Assembly (NCBI GenBank): GCA_947626005.1
Contig: CANQQM010000001.1
Span: forward strand, 35,496 to 99,495
Direction: 5' to 3'
From: an uncultured Clostridia bacterium
GTDB lineage: Bacteria; Bacillota; Clostridia; Christensenellales; Borkfalkiaceae
Length of the DNA: 64,000 nt
Shown: piece by piece, positions 35,237-46,667 of the stretch
Numbering within the stretch: position 1 is the stretch's first letter
Layout: the number at the start of each line of letters is the position of its first letter
The notes under the pieces: generated by a model
Told to the model about the DNA's origin: nothing
The model's database searches: none
Seen by the model: the letters and a program-made list of their open reading frames with translations, nothing else
Made by a program: the position numbers and the translations under genes

Positions 35237-35860
35237 GTGTATATGGGTACGGAAAATATCAAAATCGCCGTCCTCTGTTCGGGCGGCGGGACAAACTTGC
35301 AGGCGATCTTAAACGCGCGAGAGGCGGGGCTCATCCCCGACGGGGAAATCGTCCTTGTCATCTGCGACCGCCGCGGCGCCTATGCGGCGGAACGGGCAAG
35401 ACGGTATGCTGTTCCCGTCACCTTTGTCGACCGCGAAGAGTACAGCCGCAAGGAGCGGGAGGAACGCATCCTTGACGCCCTCTCCGAATGCGGGGCGGAA
35501 CTCGTCGTCTTTGCGGGCTTCCTCACCATTCTCTCCGAAAAATTCACGGAGAAGTACAAGGGGCGGGCGATCAACGTCCATCCCGCCCTCCTTCCGAGCT
35601 TCGGCGGAGAGGGCATGTACGGACTTCACGTCCACGAGGCCGTCTTAAAGAGAGGGGTCAAGGTGACGGGCGCGACCGTCCACTATGTGACGGAGGAGTG
35701 CGACGGCGGCCCCATCATCGCCCAGCGCGCCGTGTGCGTCGAGGAAGGGGATACCCCCGAGACGCTGCAAAAGCGGGTCATGCGGGAGGCGGAATGGGTG
35801 ATCCTCCCCGAAGCCGTCGAGACGGTATGCAAAAAACTCAAAGGAGAAAGGATAGAATGA
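35237..35860 (+). CDS. purN: phosphoribosylglycinamide formyltransferase
   Basis: VLCSGGGTNLQAIL and INVHPALLP. The start is GTG 35237 or ATG 35243. Confidence 0.93.
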   Translation: MYMGTENIKIAVLCSGGGTNLQAILNAREAGLIPDGEIVLVICDRRGAYAAERARRYAVPVTFVDREEYSRKEREERILDALSECGAELVVFAGFLTILSEKFTEKYKGRAINVHPALLPSFGGEGMYGLHVHEAVLKRGVKVTGATVHYVTEECDGGPIIAQRAVCVEEGDTPETLQKRVMREAEWVILPEAVETVCKKLKGERIE

Positions 35861-36582
35861 CTTACACGAAGAGAAACCTCGGAAAGATCCTCCGCGGCAA
35901 CCGTTACCCCGGGCGGGGCATCGTCGTCGGAAAGACGTCGAACGGAAAATGCGCCGTCTTTGCCTATTTCATCATGGGCAGGAGCGAAAACAGCCGCAAC
36001 CGCGTGTTCGAGGCGTGCGGCGACGAACTCAAGACGCTTCCCTTCGACGGGAGCAAGGTCGCCGACCCTTCCCTCATTCTCTATTCCCCCGTCAAGGCCG
36101 TCGGAAGGGAGGTCATCGTGACCAACGGCGACCAGACGGATTCGATCGAAGAGGCGCTCAAGGCGGGGAAATGCTTCCGTCATGCCCTCATGGGCCGCAC
36201 GTTCGAGCCCGACGCCCCCCTCTACACGCCGCGCATCAGCGCCCTCATGCACCTCGGCGGGAAGCCCTCCGCCTTCTCCTACGAGATGTCTATCCTCAAA
36301 TGCGGGGACGGGAAGGGGAAGAAGTGCAACCGCTTCTTCTATAGCTACGAGGCGGAAAACGGCGCGGGGCACTTCCTCCACACCTACGAAAAGGACGGAA
36401 ACCCGCCTCCCGTCTTTACGGGAGAGCCGCGCAAGGTGCGCATCGGGAACGACTTGAAGGCCTTTGCGGAGGAGATCTGGAACAGCCTCGACGAGGACAA
36501 TAAAATTTCGCTCTGCTGCCGCTTCTACGACTTAAAGTCGGGCGCGTTCGAGCAGATCGTTCTCAACAAGTATACGAAGTGA
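35857..36582 (+). CDS. IMP cyclohydrolase, PurO-like (archaeal-type) family
   Basis: YPGRGIVVGK...AYFIMGRSENSRNRVF, characteristic of stand-alone IMP cyclohydrolase. ATGA overlap with purN. Confidence 0.85.
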   Translation: MTYTKRNLGKILRGNRYPGRGIVVGKTSNGKCAVFAYFIMGRSENSRNRVFEACGDELKTLPFDGSKVADPSLILYSPVKAVGREVIVTNGDQTDSIEEALKAGKCFRHALMGRTFEPDAPLYTPRISALMHLGGKPSAFSYEMSILKCGDGKGKKCNRFFYSYEAENGAGHFLHTYEKDGNPPPVFTGEPRKVRIGNDLKAFAEEIWNSLDEDNKISLCCRFYDLKSGAFEQIVLNKYTK

Positions 36583-36590
36583 GGCGGGGC

Positions 36591-37775
36591 ATGAACGAAT
36601 TTTCTCTCAAATACGGCTGCAATCCCAACCAAACGCCCGCCCGCATCTTCATGGCAAACGGGAAGGAACTTCCCGTCGAAATCGTGAACGGCAGACCGGG
36701 GTACATCAACTTCCTCGACGCCCTCAATTCATGGCAGCTCGTGAAGGAGATCAAAGAGAGCACGGGCATGTGTGCGGCAACGAGCTTCAAGCACGTCTCG
36801 CCGACCTCCGCCGCCGTCGGGAAAAAGCTCGACGAAAAACTCAAGCGCTCCTGCTTTGTCGACGATATCGAGGGCCTCGACGATTCCCCGCTCGCATGCG
36901 CCTACGCACGGGCAAGGGGGACCGACCGCATGTCCTCCTTCGGCGACTGGATCGCCCTCTCCGACGAATGCGACGAAGTGACGGCCCGCGTCATCGCGAG
37001 GGAGGTCTCCGACGGGATCATCGCCCCCGCCTATTCTCCCCGCGCCCTCGAAATTTTGAAAACAAAGCGCAAGGGGGGGTACAACATCGTGCGGATCGAC
37101 CCTTCCTACCTTCCCGAAGATACCGAAAGAAAACAAGTTTACGGCGTCACCTTCGAGCAGGGACGCAACAATTTCCGCATCGACAGGGCCCTCCTTCAAA
37201 ACATCGTGACGAAGAACAAGGCCCTTCCCGAAGAGAAAGCGGTCGATCTTCTCATCTCCCTCATCACCCTCAAATACACCCAGTCCAACTCGGTGTGCTT
37301 TGCGGCGGACGGGCAGGCGATCGGCGTCGGCGCGGGGCAGCAGTCCCGCATCCACTGCACCCGTCTTGCGGCGCAGAAGGCGGACCTTTGGCACCTTCGG
37401 ATGCACGAAAAGGTGCTCTCCCTTCAATTTGCGGAGGGGGTGGGGCGGCCCGAAAAGAACAACATCATCGACCTCTACCTCTCCAACGAGGCGGAGGAAG
37501 TGCTCGGCGACGGGGTATGGTATAAGAATTTCGCCGTACGTCCCCAACCTTTTACCCGTGAGGAGAAGGCGGAATACCTCTCTTCCGTTCGCGGGGTCTC
37601 CCTCGGGAGCGACGCCTTCTTTCCCTTCTCCGACAACATCGACCGCGCGGCAAAGAGCGGCGTAGAGTATGTTGCCGAGCCCGGCGGCTCGGTGCGGGAC
37701 GACCTCGTCATCGAGGCGGCGGACCGCCACAACATGGTGATGGCGTTCACGGGCATGCGCCTCTTCCATCACTGA
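36591..37775 (+). CDS. purH: AICAR formyltransferase (PurH transformylase domain only)
   Basis: LKYGCNPNQ and GAGQQSRI. No MGS-like cyclohydrolase domain. ATG 36591; alternative GTG 36579. Confidence 0.9.
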   Translation: MNEFSLKYGCNPNQTPARIFMANGKELPVEIVNGRPGYINFLDALNSWQLVKEIKESTGMCAATSFKHVSPTSAAVGKKLDEKLKRSCFVDDIEGLDDSPLACAYARARGTDRMSSFGDWIALSDECDEVTARVIAREVSDGIIAPAYSPRALEILKTKRKGGYNIVRIDPSYLPEDTERKQVYGVTFEQGRNNFRIDRALLQNIVTKNKALPEEKAVDLLISLITLKYTQSNSVCFAADGQAIGVGAGQQSRIHCTRLAAQKADLWHLRMHEKVLSLQFAEGVGRPEKNNIIDLYLSNEAEEVLGDGVWYKNFAVRPQPFTREEKAEYLSSVRGVSLGSDAFFPFSDNIDRAAKSGVEYVAEPGGSVRDDLVIEAADRHNMVMAFTGMRLFHH

Positions 37776-37785
37776 GGAGGACGCC

Positions 37786-39060
37786 ATGAACATTCTGGTC
37801 ATCGGGGGCGGCGGCAGAGAACACGCCGTCGTCAAAGCCCTCAAAAAGAGCAAGCGCTGCGGGAAGATCTGGTGTCTCCCCGGGAACGGCGGCATCGCGC
37901 GGGACGCGGAGTGTTTTCCCGTCAAGGCGACGGACCTTGAGGGCATTCTCGGATTTGCAAAGACGCACCCCGTCGATTTTGCCGTCGTCACGCCCGACGA
38001 CCCGCTCGTCCTCGGCCTCGTCGACGAACTGGAGAAGCTCGGGATCCCCTGTTTCGGGCCCGAAAAACGCGCCGCCATCCTCGAGGGGAGCAAGGTGTTC
38101 TCCAAAAACCTCATGCAAAAGTACGGCATCCCGACGGCGGAGAGCCGCATCTTTTCCGACCCGAAAGAGGCGCTTTCCTATCTTGAAACGTGCGAATACC
38201 CCACGGTCGTCAAGGCGGACGGGCTGGCGCTCGGGAAGGGGGCGGTCATCGTCAACAACTTTCGGGAGGCGGAAGAGGCGGTCCGCGGGCTCATGATCGA
38301 CAAGATCTTCGGCGAGAGCGGAAGCCGTGTACTCGTCGAGGAGTTTTTGACGGGGCCCGAAGTCTCCGTTCTCTCCTTCACCGACGGCAAGACGGTCGTC
38401 CCGATGGTCTCTTCGATGGATCATAAACGCGCCCGCGACGGCGACACGGGGCTGAACACGGGGGGCATGGGCACGATCGCGCCCAATCCCTACTACACCC
38501 CCGAGATCGCCGAGCGCTGCATGCGGGAGATCTTCCTCCCGACGATCCGAGCGATGAACACGGAGGGGCGGACCTTCCGCGGCTGCCTGTATTTCGGGCT
38601 CATGCTCACCCCGAAGGGGCCCAAAGTCATCGAATACAATTGCCGCTTCGGCGACCCCGAAACGCAGGTCGTATTGCCTCTTCTTAAAAGCGACCTCCTC
38701 GAAGTCATGCTCGCCGTGCGGGAGGGGAGACTGAAAGAGGAGGAAGTCCGCTTTTTGGAGGGCGCGGCGTGCTGCGTCGTGCTTGCCTCGGCGGGCTATC
38801 CCGAAAAATACAAGACGGGGTACGAAATTTCCCTCCCCATTCCCCAAAAAGACGAGGAGATCTACCTCGCGGGCGTAAGGGCGGAAGGGGAAAAACTTTT
38901 AACAAGCGGGGGAAGGGTGCTCGGCGCCGTCGGGTGGGCGGAGACCCTTCGGGGCGCCGTCGACAAGGCGTACGCCCTCGCAAACAAAATCAAGTTCGAA
39001 AACGCCTACATGCGAAGCGATATCGGCGCCCGTGCCCTTGCGGCGCTCAAGGAGGAATAA
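37786..39060 (+). CDS. purD: phosphoribosylamine-glycine ligase
   Basis: ILVIGGGGREHA; ATP-grasp pattern. Confidence 0.95.
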   Translation: MNILVIGGGGREHAVVKALKKSKRCGKIWCLPGNGGIARDAECFPVKATDLEGILGFAKTHPVDFAVVTPDDPLVLGLVDELEKLGIPCFGPEKRAAILEGSKVFSKNLMQKYGIPTAESRIFSDPKEALSYLETCEYPTVVKADGLALGKGAVIVNNFREAEEAVRGLMIDKIFGESGSRVLVEEFLTGPEVSVLSFTDGKTVVPMVSSMDHKRARDGDTGLNTGGMGTIAPNPYYTPEIAERCMREIFLPTIRAMNTEGRTFRGCLYFGLMLTPKGPKVIEYNCRFGDPETQVVLPLLKSDLLEVMLAVREGRLKEEEVRFLEGAACCVVLASAGYPEKYKTGYEISLPIPQKDEEIYLAGVRAEGEKLLTSGGRVLGAVGWAETLRGAVDKAYALANKIKFENAYMRSDIGARALAALKEE

Positions 39061-39061
39061 G

Positions 39062-42000
39062 ATGGTTTACAGAGTTTACGTCGAAAAGAAGGCGGGCTTC
39101 GACCTCGAAGCAAGAACGCTCCTTGCCGATTGCAGGGAGCTGCTCGAGCTGAAAAACGTCGAGCGCATCCGCATCGTCAACCGCTACGACGCGGAGGAGA
39201 TCGAAAAGGAACTCTTCGACCGCGCGGTGAAGGATGTCTTTTCCGAGCCGCAGACGGACAGGGCAAGAGAATTCGCCGATTTTTCGGGGGCGAGAGTGTT
39301 TGCCGTCCAATCCCTCCCCGGGCAGTTCGATCAGCGTGCCGATTCGGCGGCGCAGTGCATCCAGCTTCTCTCGATGGGGAAGCGCCCCATCGTCCGCGCC
39401 GCCAAGGTGTACGCCGTCTACGGAAACGTGACGGAGGCCGATCTCGACGCGATCAAAAAATACGTCATCAACCCCGTGGAGAGCCGTGAGGCGGGGCTTG
39501 CGCTTCCCGAAACGCTCAAGACTTCCCACCCCGTTCCCTCCGAAGTTCCCACGCTCGACGGGTTTTTGAAGCTCGGCGAGGAGGAACTTCCCGCCTTCAT
39601 TGCCCGCTACGGCCTCGCGATGGACGAGGACGACCTCTACTTCTGCCAGCGCTACTTCCGTTCGGAGTACCGCGATCCCACCCTCACGGAGCTCCGCATG
39701 ATCGACACCTACTGGTCCGATCATTGCCGCCACACGACCTTCCTCACGACGGTAGACGGCGCGACCTTCGAGGATGAACTTTTGCAGCGCGCCTACGAGA
39801 GCTACCTCTCCGCAAGGGGGGAGCTCGGCGGCAAGAAGCCCGTGAGCCTCATGGACCTTGCGACGGTCGCCTGCCGTCTCCTCAAAAAGAGGGGACAGCT
39901 TCAAAAGCTCGATGAGAGCCCCGAGATCAACGCCTGCACGGTGAAGATCAAGGTGAACGTCGGCGGGAAGGAGGAGGACTGGCTGCTCCTCTTCAAGAAC
40001 GAAACGCACAACCATCCCACGGAGATCGAGCCCTTCGGCGGCGCGGCGACCTGCATCGGCGGGGCCATCCGCGATCCGCTCTCGGGGCGGAGCTACGTCT
40101 ATGCCGCCATGCGCGTCACGGGCGCGGGCGACCCGCTCGTCCCCGTAAAGGACACCCTAAAGGGCAAGCTCCCGCAGCGCAAGATCGTGACGACCGCGGC
40201 GGCGGGGTATTCCTCCTACGGCAACCAAATCGGACTTGCGACGGGGCAGGTCGACGAAATTTACCACCCCGGCTATCTTGCAAAGCGGCTCGAGATCGGC
40301 GCCGTCATCGCGGCGGCCCCCGCTTCCTATGTGAGAAGGGAAGTCCCCGCCCCCGGCGACAAGGTCATCCTCGTCGGCGGAAGAACGGGGCGGGACGGCT
40401 GCGGCGGCGCGACGGGATCGTCGAAATCGCATACCATGCAGTCCCTTTCCGCATGCGGCGCGGAGGTCCAGAAGGGCAACGCGCCGGAGGAGAGGAAACT
40501 TCAGCGCCTCTTCCGCAATCCCGAGGCGACACGGCTTATTAAGCGCTGCAACGACTTCGGCGCGGGCGGGGTCTCCGTCGCGATCGGGGAGCTCGCAGAC
40601 GGGCTCACCGTCGACCTCGACCTCGTCCCCAAAAAATACGACGGCCTCGACGGCACCGAACTTGCCATCTCCGAATCGCAGGAGCGCATGGCGGTCGTCG
40701 TTTCGAAGGAGGACGCCGAAACCTTCCTCCGTCTTGCGGAGGAGGAGAACCTCGAGGCGACCGTCGTCGCCGTCGTCACGGCCGAACCCCGCCTTAAAAT
40801 GAAGTGGAACGGCAAGACGATCGTCGACGTCTCCCGCGAATTTTTGAACTCGAACGGGGCGGAAAAGCATATCACCGTCGCCGCCGAAAAAGCAGCTTCT
40901 TGCGAAAAGGCGATCCCCGCCGCCTTTGCGGAGGGGTACCGCGCCCTCGCGGGGGACCTCAACGTCTGCTCCAAGCGGGGACTTTCGGAGCGCTTCGATT
41001 CGACGATCGGCGCGGGGACGGTGCTCATGCCCTTCGGCGGCAAATACCAGATGACCCCGCCGCAGGCGATGGTGCACCTCATCTCCGTCGAAAAGGCGCA
41101 CACGGATACCGTTTCCTATATGGCGTGGGGCGGGAATCCCTATGTCGCCGAAAAGAGCCCCTTCCACGGGGCATACCTTGCGGTCGTCGAGAGCGTCGCA
41201 AAGCTCATCGCAACGGGTGCGACCTTCGACGACGTTTATCTCTCCTTCCAGGAATACTTCGAAAAACCGGGCAAAGACGGGAAGCGTTGGGGGAAGCCGT
41301 TTGCCGCCCTCCTCGGCGCCTTCCGCGCCCAGCTCGACCTCGGCGTCGCGGCGATCGGCGGGAAGGACAGCATGAGCGGCACCTTCGAGAAGATCGACGT
41401 CCCGCCCACCCTCATTTCCTTTGCGGTGACGACGGGGAAGGCGGCGGAGGCCGTCTCTCCCGAATTCAAGGCGGGGGGACACAAAGTCGTGCTCCTTTCG
41501 CCCATCTACGACGGGGACGGCCTCCCCGTGCCGCAGTCACTCCTTGCGAATTTCCGCACCGTTACGGCACTTCTTCGTTCGGGGAAGGCGGTCTCCGCCT
41601 ATGCGGCGGGCTTCGGCGGCGTTGCGGAGGCGGTGCTCAAAATGGCGCTCGGAAACAGGGTCGGTTTCCGCTACCGGGAGGGCATTTCCCTCGAGACGGT
41701 ATTCGGATACCGCTACGGCTCCTTCCTCCTCGAACTCTCCGAAGAGGCGGAGATCGGCGAGGCGATCGGGCGGACTTCGGAATCGGAGACCCTCTCCCTC
41801 GGCGCCGACGTCCTCTCCCTCGAAGAGCTGCAAACAATCTACGAGGGCAAGCTCGAGCCCGTCTATCCCTGCAACATTCCCGCCCCCGAGAGGAAGGCGG
41901 AAAACACGACCTATCCCGAGCACAGCACCCTTGCGCCCGCAATTAAGACGGCGCGGCCCGTCGTCCTTCTTCCCGTGTTCCCGGGCACCAACTGCGAGTA

Positions 42001-42751
42001 CGACACCGCAAAGGCCTTCGAGGATGCGGGGGCGAAGGCGGAAGTGTTCGTCATCCGCAACCGCACGGCGGAGGAAGTCGCCCGTTCGGCGGAGCGGTTC
42101 GCGGCACGCATGCGGGAGAGCAACATCGTATTCCTCCCCGGCGGATTTTCGGGCGGGGACGAACCCGACGGCTCGGGAAAATTCATCACGGCGTTCTTCC
42201 GCAACGAGGGGATAAAGCGGGAGGTCGAGGACCTTTTATATGCGCGGGACGGGCTCATGGGGGGCATCTGCAACGGATTTCAGGCGCTCATCAAGCTCGG
42301 CCTCGTGCCCTACGGCAAGATCGTCGAAACGGACGCTTCCTTCCCGACGCTCACCTATAACGACATCGGCCGCCATCAGTCCCGCATCGTGCGGGTGCGC
42401 GTCGCCTCGGTGAAGTCGCCGTGGCTCTCCCTCGTGGAGCCCGGGGAGATCTTCTCCGTTCCCGTCTCGCACGGGGAGGGAAAATTCGTCGCCTCGGAAG
42501 AGCTTATAAAGGAGCTCTCGGAGAGGGGGCAGATCATGACGCAGTACGTCGACCTCAAGGGCAACGCCTCGATGGAGGTCTGCTTCAACCCCAACGGCAG
42601 CGCCGCCGCGATCGAGGGCATTCTCTCCCCCGACGGCAGAGTGTTCGGCAAGATGGGACACGCCGAACGCAGGGGCGCAGGCCTCTATAAGAACATCCCC
42701 GGCGAATACGACATGAAGCTCTTCGAGAGCGCAGTCAAATACTTCGGATAA
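39062..42751 (+). CDS. purL: phosphoribosylformylglycinamidine synthase, large single-chain type
   Basis: ETHNHPT and duplicated AIRS-like domains. C-terminal glutaminase [10 protein letters not shown]...SHGEG. Start at the internal ATG 39062. Confidence 0.95.
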   Translation: MVYRVYVEKKAGFDLEARTLLADCRELLELKNVERIRIVNRYDAEEIEKELFDRAVKDVFSEPQTDRAREFADFSGARVFAVQSLPGQFDQRADSAAQCIQLLSMGKRPIVRAAKVYAVYGNVTEADLDAIKKYVINPVESREAGLALPETLKTSHPVPSEVPTLDGFLKLGEEELPAFIARYGLAMDEDDLYFCQRYFRSEYRDPTLTELRMIDTYWSDHCRHTTFLTTVDGATFEDELLQRAYESYLSARGELGGKKPVSLMDLATVACRLLKKRGQLQKLDESPEINACTVKIKVNVGGKEEDWLLLFKNETHNHPTEIEPFGGAATCIGGAIRDPLSGRSYVYAAMRVTGAGDPLVPVKDTLKGKLPQRKIVTTAAAGYSSYGNQIGLATGQVDEIYHPGYLAKRLEIGAVIAAAPASYVRREVPAPGDKVILVGGRTGRDGCGGATGSSKSHTMQSLSACGAEVQKGNAPEERKLQRLFRNPEATRLIKRCNDFGAGGVSVAIGELADGLTVDLDLVPKKYDGLDGTELAISESQERMAVVVSKEDAETFLRLAEEENLEATVVAVVTAEPRLKMKWNGKTIVDVSREFLNSNGAEKHITVAAEKAASCEKAIPAAFAEGYRALAGDLNVCSKRGLSERFDSTIGAGTVLMPFGGKYQMTPPQAMVHLISVEKAHTDTVSYMAWGGNPYVAEKSPFHGAYLAVVESVAKLIATGATFDDVYLSFQEYFEKPGKDGKRWGKPFAALLGAFRAQLDLGVAAIGGKDSMSGTFEKIDVPPTLISFAVTTGKAAEAVSPEFKAGGHKVVLLSPIYDGDGLPVPQSLLANFRTVTALLRSGKAVSAYAAGFGGVAEAVLKMALGNRVGFRYREGISLETVFGYRYGSFLLELSEEAEIGEAIGRTSESETLSLGADVLSLEELQTIYEGKLEPVYPCNIPAPERKAENTTYPEHSTLAPAIKTARPVVLLPVFPGTNCEYDTAKAFEDAGAKAEVFVIRNRTAEEVARSAERFAARMRESNIVFLPGGFSGGDEPDGSGKFITAFFRNEGIKREVEDLLYARDGLMGGICNGFQALIKLGLVPYGKIVETDASFPTLTYNDIGRHQSRIVRVRVASVKSPWLSLVEPGEIFSVPVSHGEGKFVASEELIKELSERGQIMTQYVDLKGNASMEVCFNPNGSAAAIEGILSPDGRVFGKMGHAERRGAGLYKNIPGEYDMKLFESAVKYFG

Positions 42752-42791
42752 GCCCGTCCTCGGGCGCTCCCGCAAGGGGAAAGGAGAAGGG

Positions 42792-44456
42792 ATGAAAACA
42801 GACATCGAGATCGCACAAGAGGCGAAAAAACAGCCCATCCTCGAGATCGCAAAAAAGCTCGGCCTTTCGGAGGACGACCTCGAGTACTACGGAAAGTACA
42901 AGGCGAAGGTCGACCCCGCCGCCCTCAAAGGGCGGGAAAAGGAGGGGAAGCTCATCCTCGTGACGGCGATCACGCCCACCCCCGCGGGGGAGGGCAAGAC
43001 GACGACGACCATCGGGCTCGCCGACGGGCTTTCCCGCCTCGGGAAGAAGGTCGTCGTGGCCCTCCGCGAACCCTCCCTCGGACCCGTGTTCGGCATCAAG
43101 GGGGGCGCGGCGGGCGGCGGCTATGCGCAGGTCGTCCCGATGGAGGACATCAACCTCCACTTCACGGGGGACTTCCACGCGATCGGCGCGGCGAATAATC
43201 TGCTTGCGGCGATGCTCGACAATCATATCTTTCAGGGCAACGCGCTCGACATTGACATCGGGCGCATCCCGTGGAAGCGGTGCGTCGACATGAACGACCG
43301 CCAGCTCCGCTACATCGAGGACGGCTTCGGCGGCCCCAAGTCGGGCGTTCCGAGAAAGGACGGCTTCGACATCACGGTCGCAAGCGAAGTGATGGCGGTT
43401 TTGTGTCTTGCGACCTCTCTTCAAGACCTTAAAGCGCGGCTCGGGCGCATCGTCGTCGCCTATACCCATGCGGGGAAGCCCGTCACGGCAAACGACCTCA
43501 AGGCGGCGGGTGCGATGACGGCGCTTCTCAAAGACGCGATGAAGCCCAACCTCGTGCAGACCCTTGAGGGGACTCCCGCCTTCGTGCACGGCGGGCCCTT
43601 CGCGAATATCGCCCACGGCTGCAACTCGGTCGTGGCGACGAAAACGGCGCTTGCCCTCGGCGACTACGTCGTGACGGAGGCGGGCTTCGGCGCAGACCTC
43701 GGCGCGGAGAAGTTCCTCGACATCAAGTGCCGCTTTGCGGGCCTTAAACCCGCGGCGGTCGTCGTCGTTGCGACGGTGCGCGCCCTCAAGATGCACGGCG
43801 GGCTCGACAAAACGCAGCTCGAAAAGGAGGACCTTGCCGCCCTCGAGAAGGGGCTTCCCAATCTCCTCCGCCATGTGTCGAATATAAAGAACGTGTTCGG
43901 GCTTCCCGCCGTCGTCGCCGTCAACCGCTTCCCGACGGACACCGACGCGGAAATTGCCCTCGTCATCGAAAAGTGCCGCGGCCTCGGCGTCAACGTGCGT
44001 CTTTCCACCGTCTGGGCGGAAGGGGGCAAGGGCGGCGAAGCGCTGGCGGAGGAAGTCGTCCGCCTCACCGAGGAGGAAAACAACTTCCGCTTCGCCTACG
44101 ACGCGGCCCTTCCCATAAAAGAGAAGATCGAGGCGATCGTCACGAAAATTTACGGCGGCGACGGCGTCTCTTACACCCCCGAGGCGGAGGCGGAGATCGC
44201 ACGGCTCGAGGGGCTCGGATTCGGAAATACCCCCGTCTGTATGGCGAAAACGCAATATTCCTTCTCGGACGACGCCGCAAAGCTCGGCGCGCCCGAACAC
44301 TTCACCGTGACCGTGCGGAGCGTCCGCATTTCGGCGGGGGCGGGATTCGTCGTCGCGCTGACGGGGAACATCATGACGATGCCGGGGCTTCCCAAAGTCC
44401 CCGCGGCGGAGAAGATCGACGTCGACGAACAGGGCAACATCGTCGGGCTCTTCTGA
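42792..44456 (+). CDS. fhs: formate-tetrahydrofolate ligase
   Basis: [16 protein letters not shown]-loop and full-length family pattern. Confidence 0.95.
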   Translation: MKTDIEIAQEAKKQPILEIAKKLGLSEDDLEYYGKYKAKVDPAALKGREKEGKLILVTAITPTPAGEGKTTTTIGLADGLSRLGKKVVVALREPSLGPVFGIKGGAAGGGYAQVVPMEDINLHFTGDFHAIGAANNLLAAMLDNHIFQGNALDIDIGRIPWKRCVDMNDRQLRYIEDGFGGPKSGVPRKDGFDITVASEVMAVLCLATSLQDLKARLGRIVVAYTHAGKPVTANDLKAAGAMTALLKDAMKPNLVQTLEGTPAFVHGGPFANIAHGCNSVVATKTALALGDYVVTEAGFGADLGAEKFLDIKCRFAGLKPAAVVVVATVRALKMHGGLDKTQLEKEDLAALEKGLPNLLRHVSNIKNVFGLPAVVAVNRFPTDTDAEIALVIEKCRGLGVNVRLSTVWAEGGKGGEALAEEVVRLTEEENNFRFAYDAALPIKEKIEAIVTKIYGGDGVSYTPEAEAEIARLEGLGFGNTPVCMAKTQYSFSDDAAKLGAPEHFTVTVRSVRISAGAGFVVALTGNIMTMPGLPKVPAAEKIDVDEQGNIVGLF

Positions 44457-45463
44457 TGGAGACAGGGCTCAAAGAGGCGGTGCCTCTTCTCCTTGGCTGG
44501 TACAAGGACGCCCGCCGCGACCTTCCGTGGCGAAGGGGGGAGCGCACGCCCTACTCCGTCCTCGTCTCCGAGCTCATGCTGCAGCAGACCCGCGTCGAGG
44601 CGGTGAAGGAACGCTACGGGCGCTTTCTTGCCCGCTTCCCGACCGCCGAGGCGCTCGCCGCGGCAAGCGTCGAAGAAGTTTTGAAGGAATGGGAGGGACT
44701 CGGCTACTACAGCCGTGCCCGCAGTCTGCACCGCGCCGCCAAGGAGATCGCCGCGAAGGGCTTCCCTCGGACATGGGAGGGGGTAAAGGCGCTCCCGGGC
44801 GTCGGGGAATACACGGCGGGGGCGATCTCGTCCATCGCCTTGGGCCTCCCCGTGCCCGCCGTGGACGGCAACGTTCTCCGCATTCTGTCCCGATTTTTTG
44901 CAGATCCTTCCCCCGTCGACGATGCGGAAGTCCTCCGCCGCGACAGGGCGCTTTTGAAGGAGGTCTACCCGCCCCAAACGGGGGACTTTGCCGAGGCGCT
45001 CATGGACCTCGGCGCGACCGTATGCGTACCGAACGGAGCTCCTCTGTGCGGAGCATGTCCGTGGGCGGGGCTCTGCGAAGCGCATCGAAGAGGGGAGGAA
45101 GGGCGCTATCCCGTGCGCTCGGAAAAGAAGAAACGAAAGACGGTGACGGCCGACGTCCTCGTCCTCGTCTCGAACGGGAAATACGCCATCGAAAAGCGGG
45201 ACGAGCACGGCCTCCTTGCGGGCATGTACGGCTTCCCCTTCTTCGAGGGAGGGCGGGTGCCCGAATCCCTCGGCGCCGTCCGCGCCGTAAAGAGCGCGCG
45301 GCACATCTTCACCCATATCGAATGGCGGATGACGGGGTATCTCGTCGACGTTCCGCCCGAGGTCGCGGGGGCGCTCCGCTACATTTGGGCGACGCCCGAA
45401 GAGATCCGCACCCGCTATGCGATCCCCTCCGCCTTCAAGGCGTTTGCGGAGTGGGTCGAATGA
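44456..45463 (+). CDS. mutY: A/G-specific adenine DNA glycosylase
   Basis: LMLQQTRV, GVGEYTAGAI HhH-GPD, Fe-S cysteines CVPNGAPLCGACPWAGLC. TGATG overlap with fhs. Confidence 0.9.
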   Translation: METGLKEAVPLLLGWYKDARRDLPWRRGERTPYSVLVSELMLQQTRVEAVKERYGRFLARFPTAEALAAASVEEVLKEWEGLGYYSRARSLHRAAKEIAAKGFPRTWEGVKALPGVGEYTAGAISSIALGLPVPAVDGNVLRILSRFFADPSPVDDAEVLRRDRALLKEVYPPQTGDFAEALMDLGATVCVPNGAPLCGACPWAGLCEAHRRGEEGRYPVRSEKKKRKTVTADVLVLVSNGKYAIEKRDEHGLLAGMYGFPFFEGGRVPESLGAVRAVKSARHIFTHIEWRMTGYLVDVPPEVAGALRYIWATPEEIRTRYAIPSAFKAFAEWVE

Positions 45464-45494
45464 AATCACGAATTCCTTTAAGCAGGGGGACGGT

Positions 45495-46124
45495 ATGAAA
45501 AAAGGTAAATTTATCGTATTCGAGGGCACCGACGGAAGCGGCAAGACGACGCAGATGCGCATGCTCGGAAAATATCTCGAGGAGCGCGGCATTCCCACCT
45601 TCCTCACCCATGAACCGACGGATTCCCCGTTCGGATCCCTTCTTCGCGCCTGCCTTTCGGGCAGGACGGACACGGACGAGTACACGATCGCCCTCATGTT
45701 CGCCGCCGACCGCACCGACCATGTGCGCAATCGGGAAAACGGCATCCTCTCCCGCCTCGAAGCGGGGGTGACCGTCCTCTGCGACCGCTACTATTTTTCC
45801 TCCTACGCCTATAACGGCGGGTTTGTTCCGCTCGAATACGTCATCGAGCTCAACCGCCCCGTGCGGGAGCTCCTCCGCCCCGACCTCGTGCTCTTCCTCG
45901 ATACGCCCGTCGAGGAGGCGATGAAGCGGGTGTCGAGCCGCGGCGAGACGGAGCGCTACGAGACGCTCGAAAAGCAGCGCCGCATCCGCGACAACTACTT
46001 TGCGGCCTTCGAGCGTTTCAAGGAAGAGGAGAATATCGTCGTCGTCCCCTGCGAAGAGGAAAGGGCGGCGACGCAGGAGAAGATCCGCCGCCTTGCGGAC
46101 GACCTCTTCGGAGGCAAAGCATGA
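45495..46124 (+). CDS. tmk: thymidylate kinase
   Basis: FIVFEGTDGSGKTTQ P-loop and DRY motif. Confidence 0.93.
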   Translation: MKKGKFIVFEGTDGSGKTTQMRMLGKYLEERGIPTFLTHEPTDSPFGSLLRACLSGRTDTDEYTIALMFAADRTDHVRNRENGILSRLEAGVTVLCDRYYFSSYAYNGGFVPLEYVIELNRPVRELLRPDLVLFLDTPVEEAMKRVSSRGETERYETLEKQRRIRDNYFAAFERFKEEENIVVVPCEEERAATQEKIRRLADDLFGGKA

Positions 46125-46621
46125 AGGAACTTCTCATCGGCACCGTCCTAAAGCCGCAGGGCATCCGCGGCGAAGTCAAAATTCTTCCCTATACCGATTC
46201 CCCCGAGGACTTTTCCTCCTTCCGCCGCGTCTTTCTCGACGGCACGGAGTACAAAGTGCTCTCGGCACGGTTCGGCGACGGGTGCGTGTTTCTGAATCTG
46301 CGCGGCGTGCCCGACCGCAATGCGGCGGAACTTCTCCGCGGCAAGAAGGTCACCGTCCCCCGCGACGAGGCCCCCGCCCCGCCCGAGGGAAGATATTATA
46401 TCGCAGACCTCCTCGGCTGCACCGTTTCGGACGAAGAGGGGAATGTGCTCGGAACGCTCACCGACGTAAGGCAGGCGGCGACGGACATCTACACCCTTAA
46501 GGGGGAGGACGGGAAAGAGATCCTGTTCCCCGCGGCAAGGGGCGTCGTCCTCTCCGTCGATATAGAAGGGGGCCGCATCACCGTCTCGAGAAAGCGTTTC
46601 GAAGAGGTCGCCGTTCTCTGA
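46121..46621 (+). CDS. rimM: 16S rRNA processing protein RimM
   Basis: GTVLKPQGIRGEVK; PRC-barrel C-terminus. Confidence 0.9.
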   Translation: MKELLIGTVLKPQGIRGEVKILPYTDSPEDFSSFRRVFLDGTEYKVLSARFGDGCVFLNLRGVPDRNAAELLRGKKVTVPRDEAPAPPEGRYYIADLLGCTVSDEEGNVLGTLTDVRQAATDIYTLKGEDGKEILFPAARGVVLSVDIEGGRITVSRKRFEEVAVL

Positions 46622-46667
46622 AACGGGTAAACGGGGTAGGATTTTTTAGGCAAAAGGGGAAAATCGC

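Noticed and set aside
36729-45745. Minus-strand ORFs 36729-38150, 37747-38847, 40157-41482, 42735-44300 and 44171-45745
   Set aside because: All are antisense to purH, purD, purL, fhs and mutY, which are unambiguous. Composition is artefactual.
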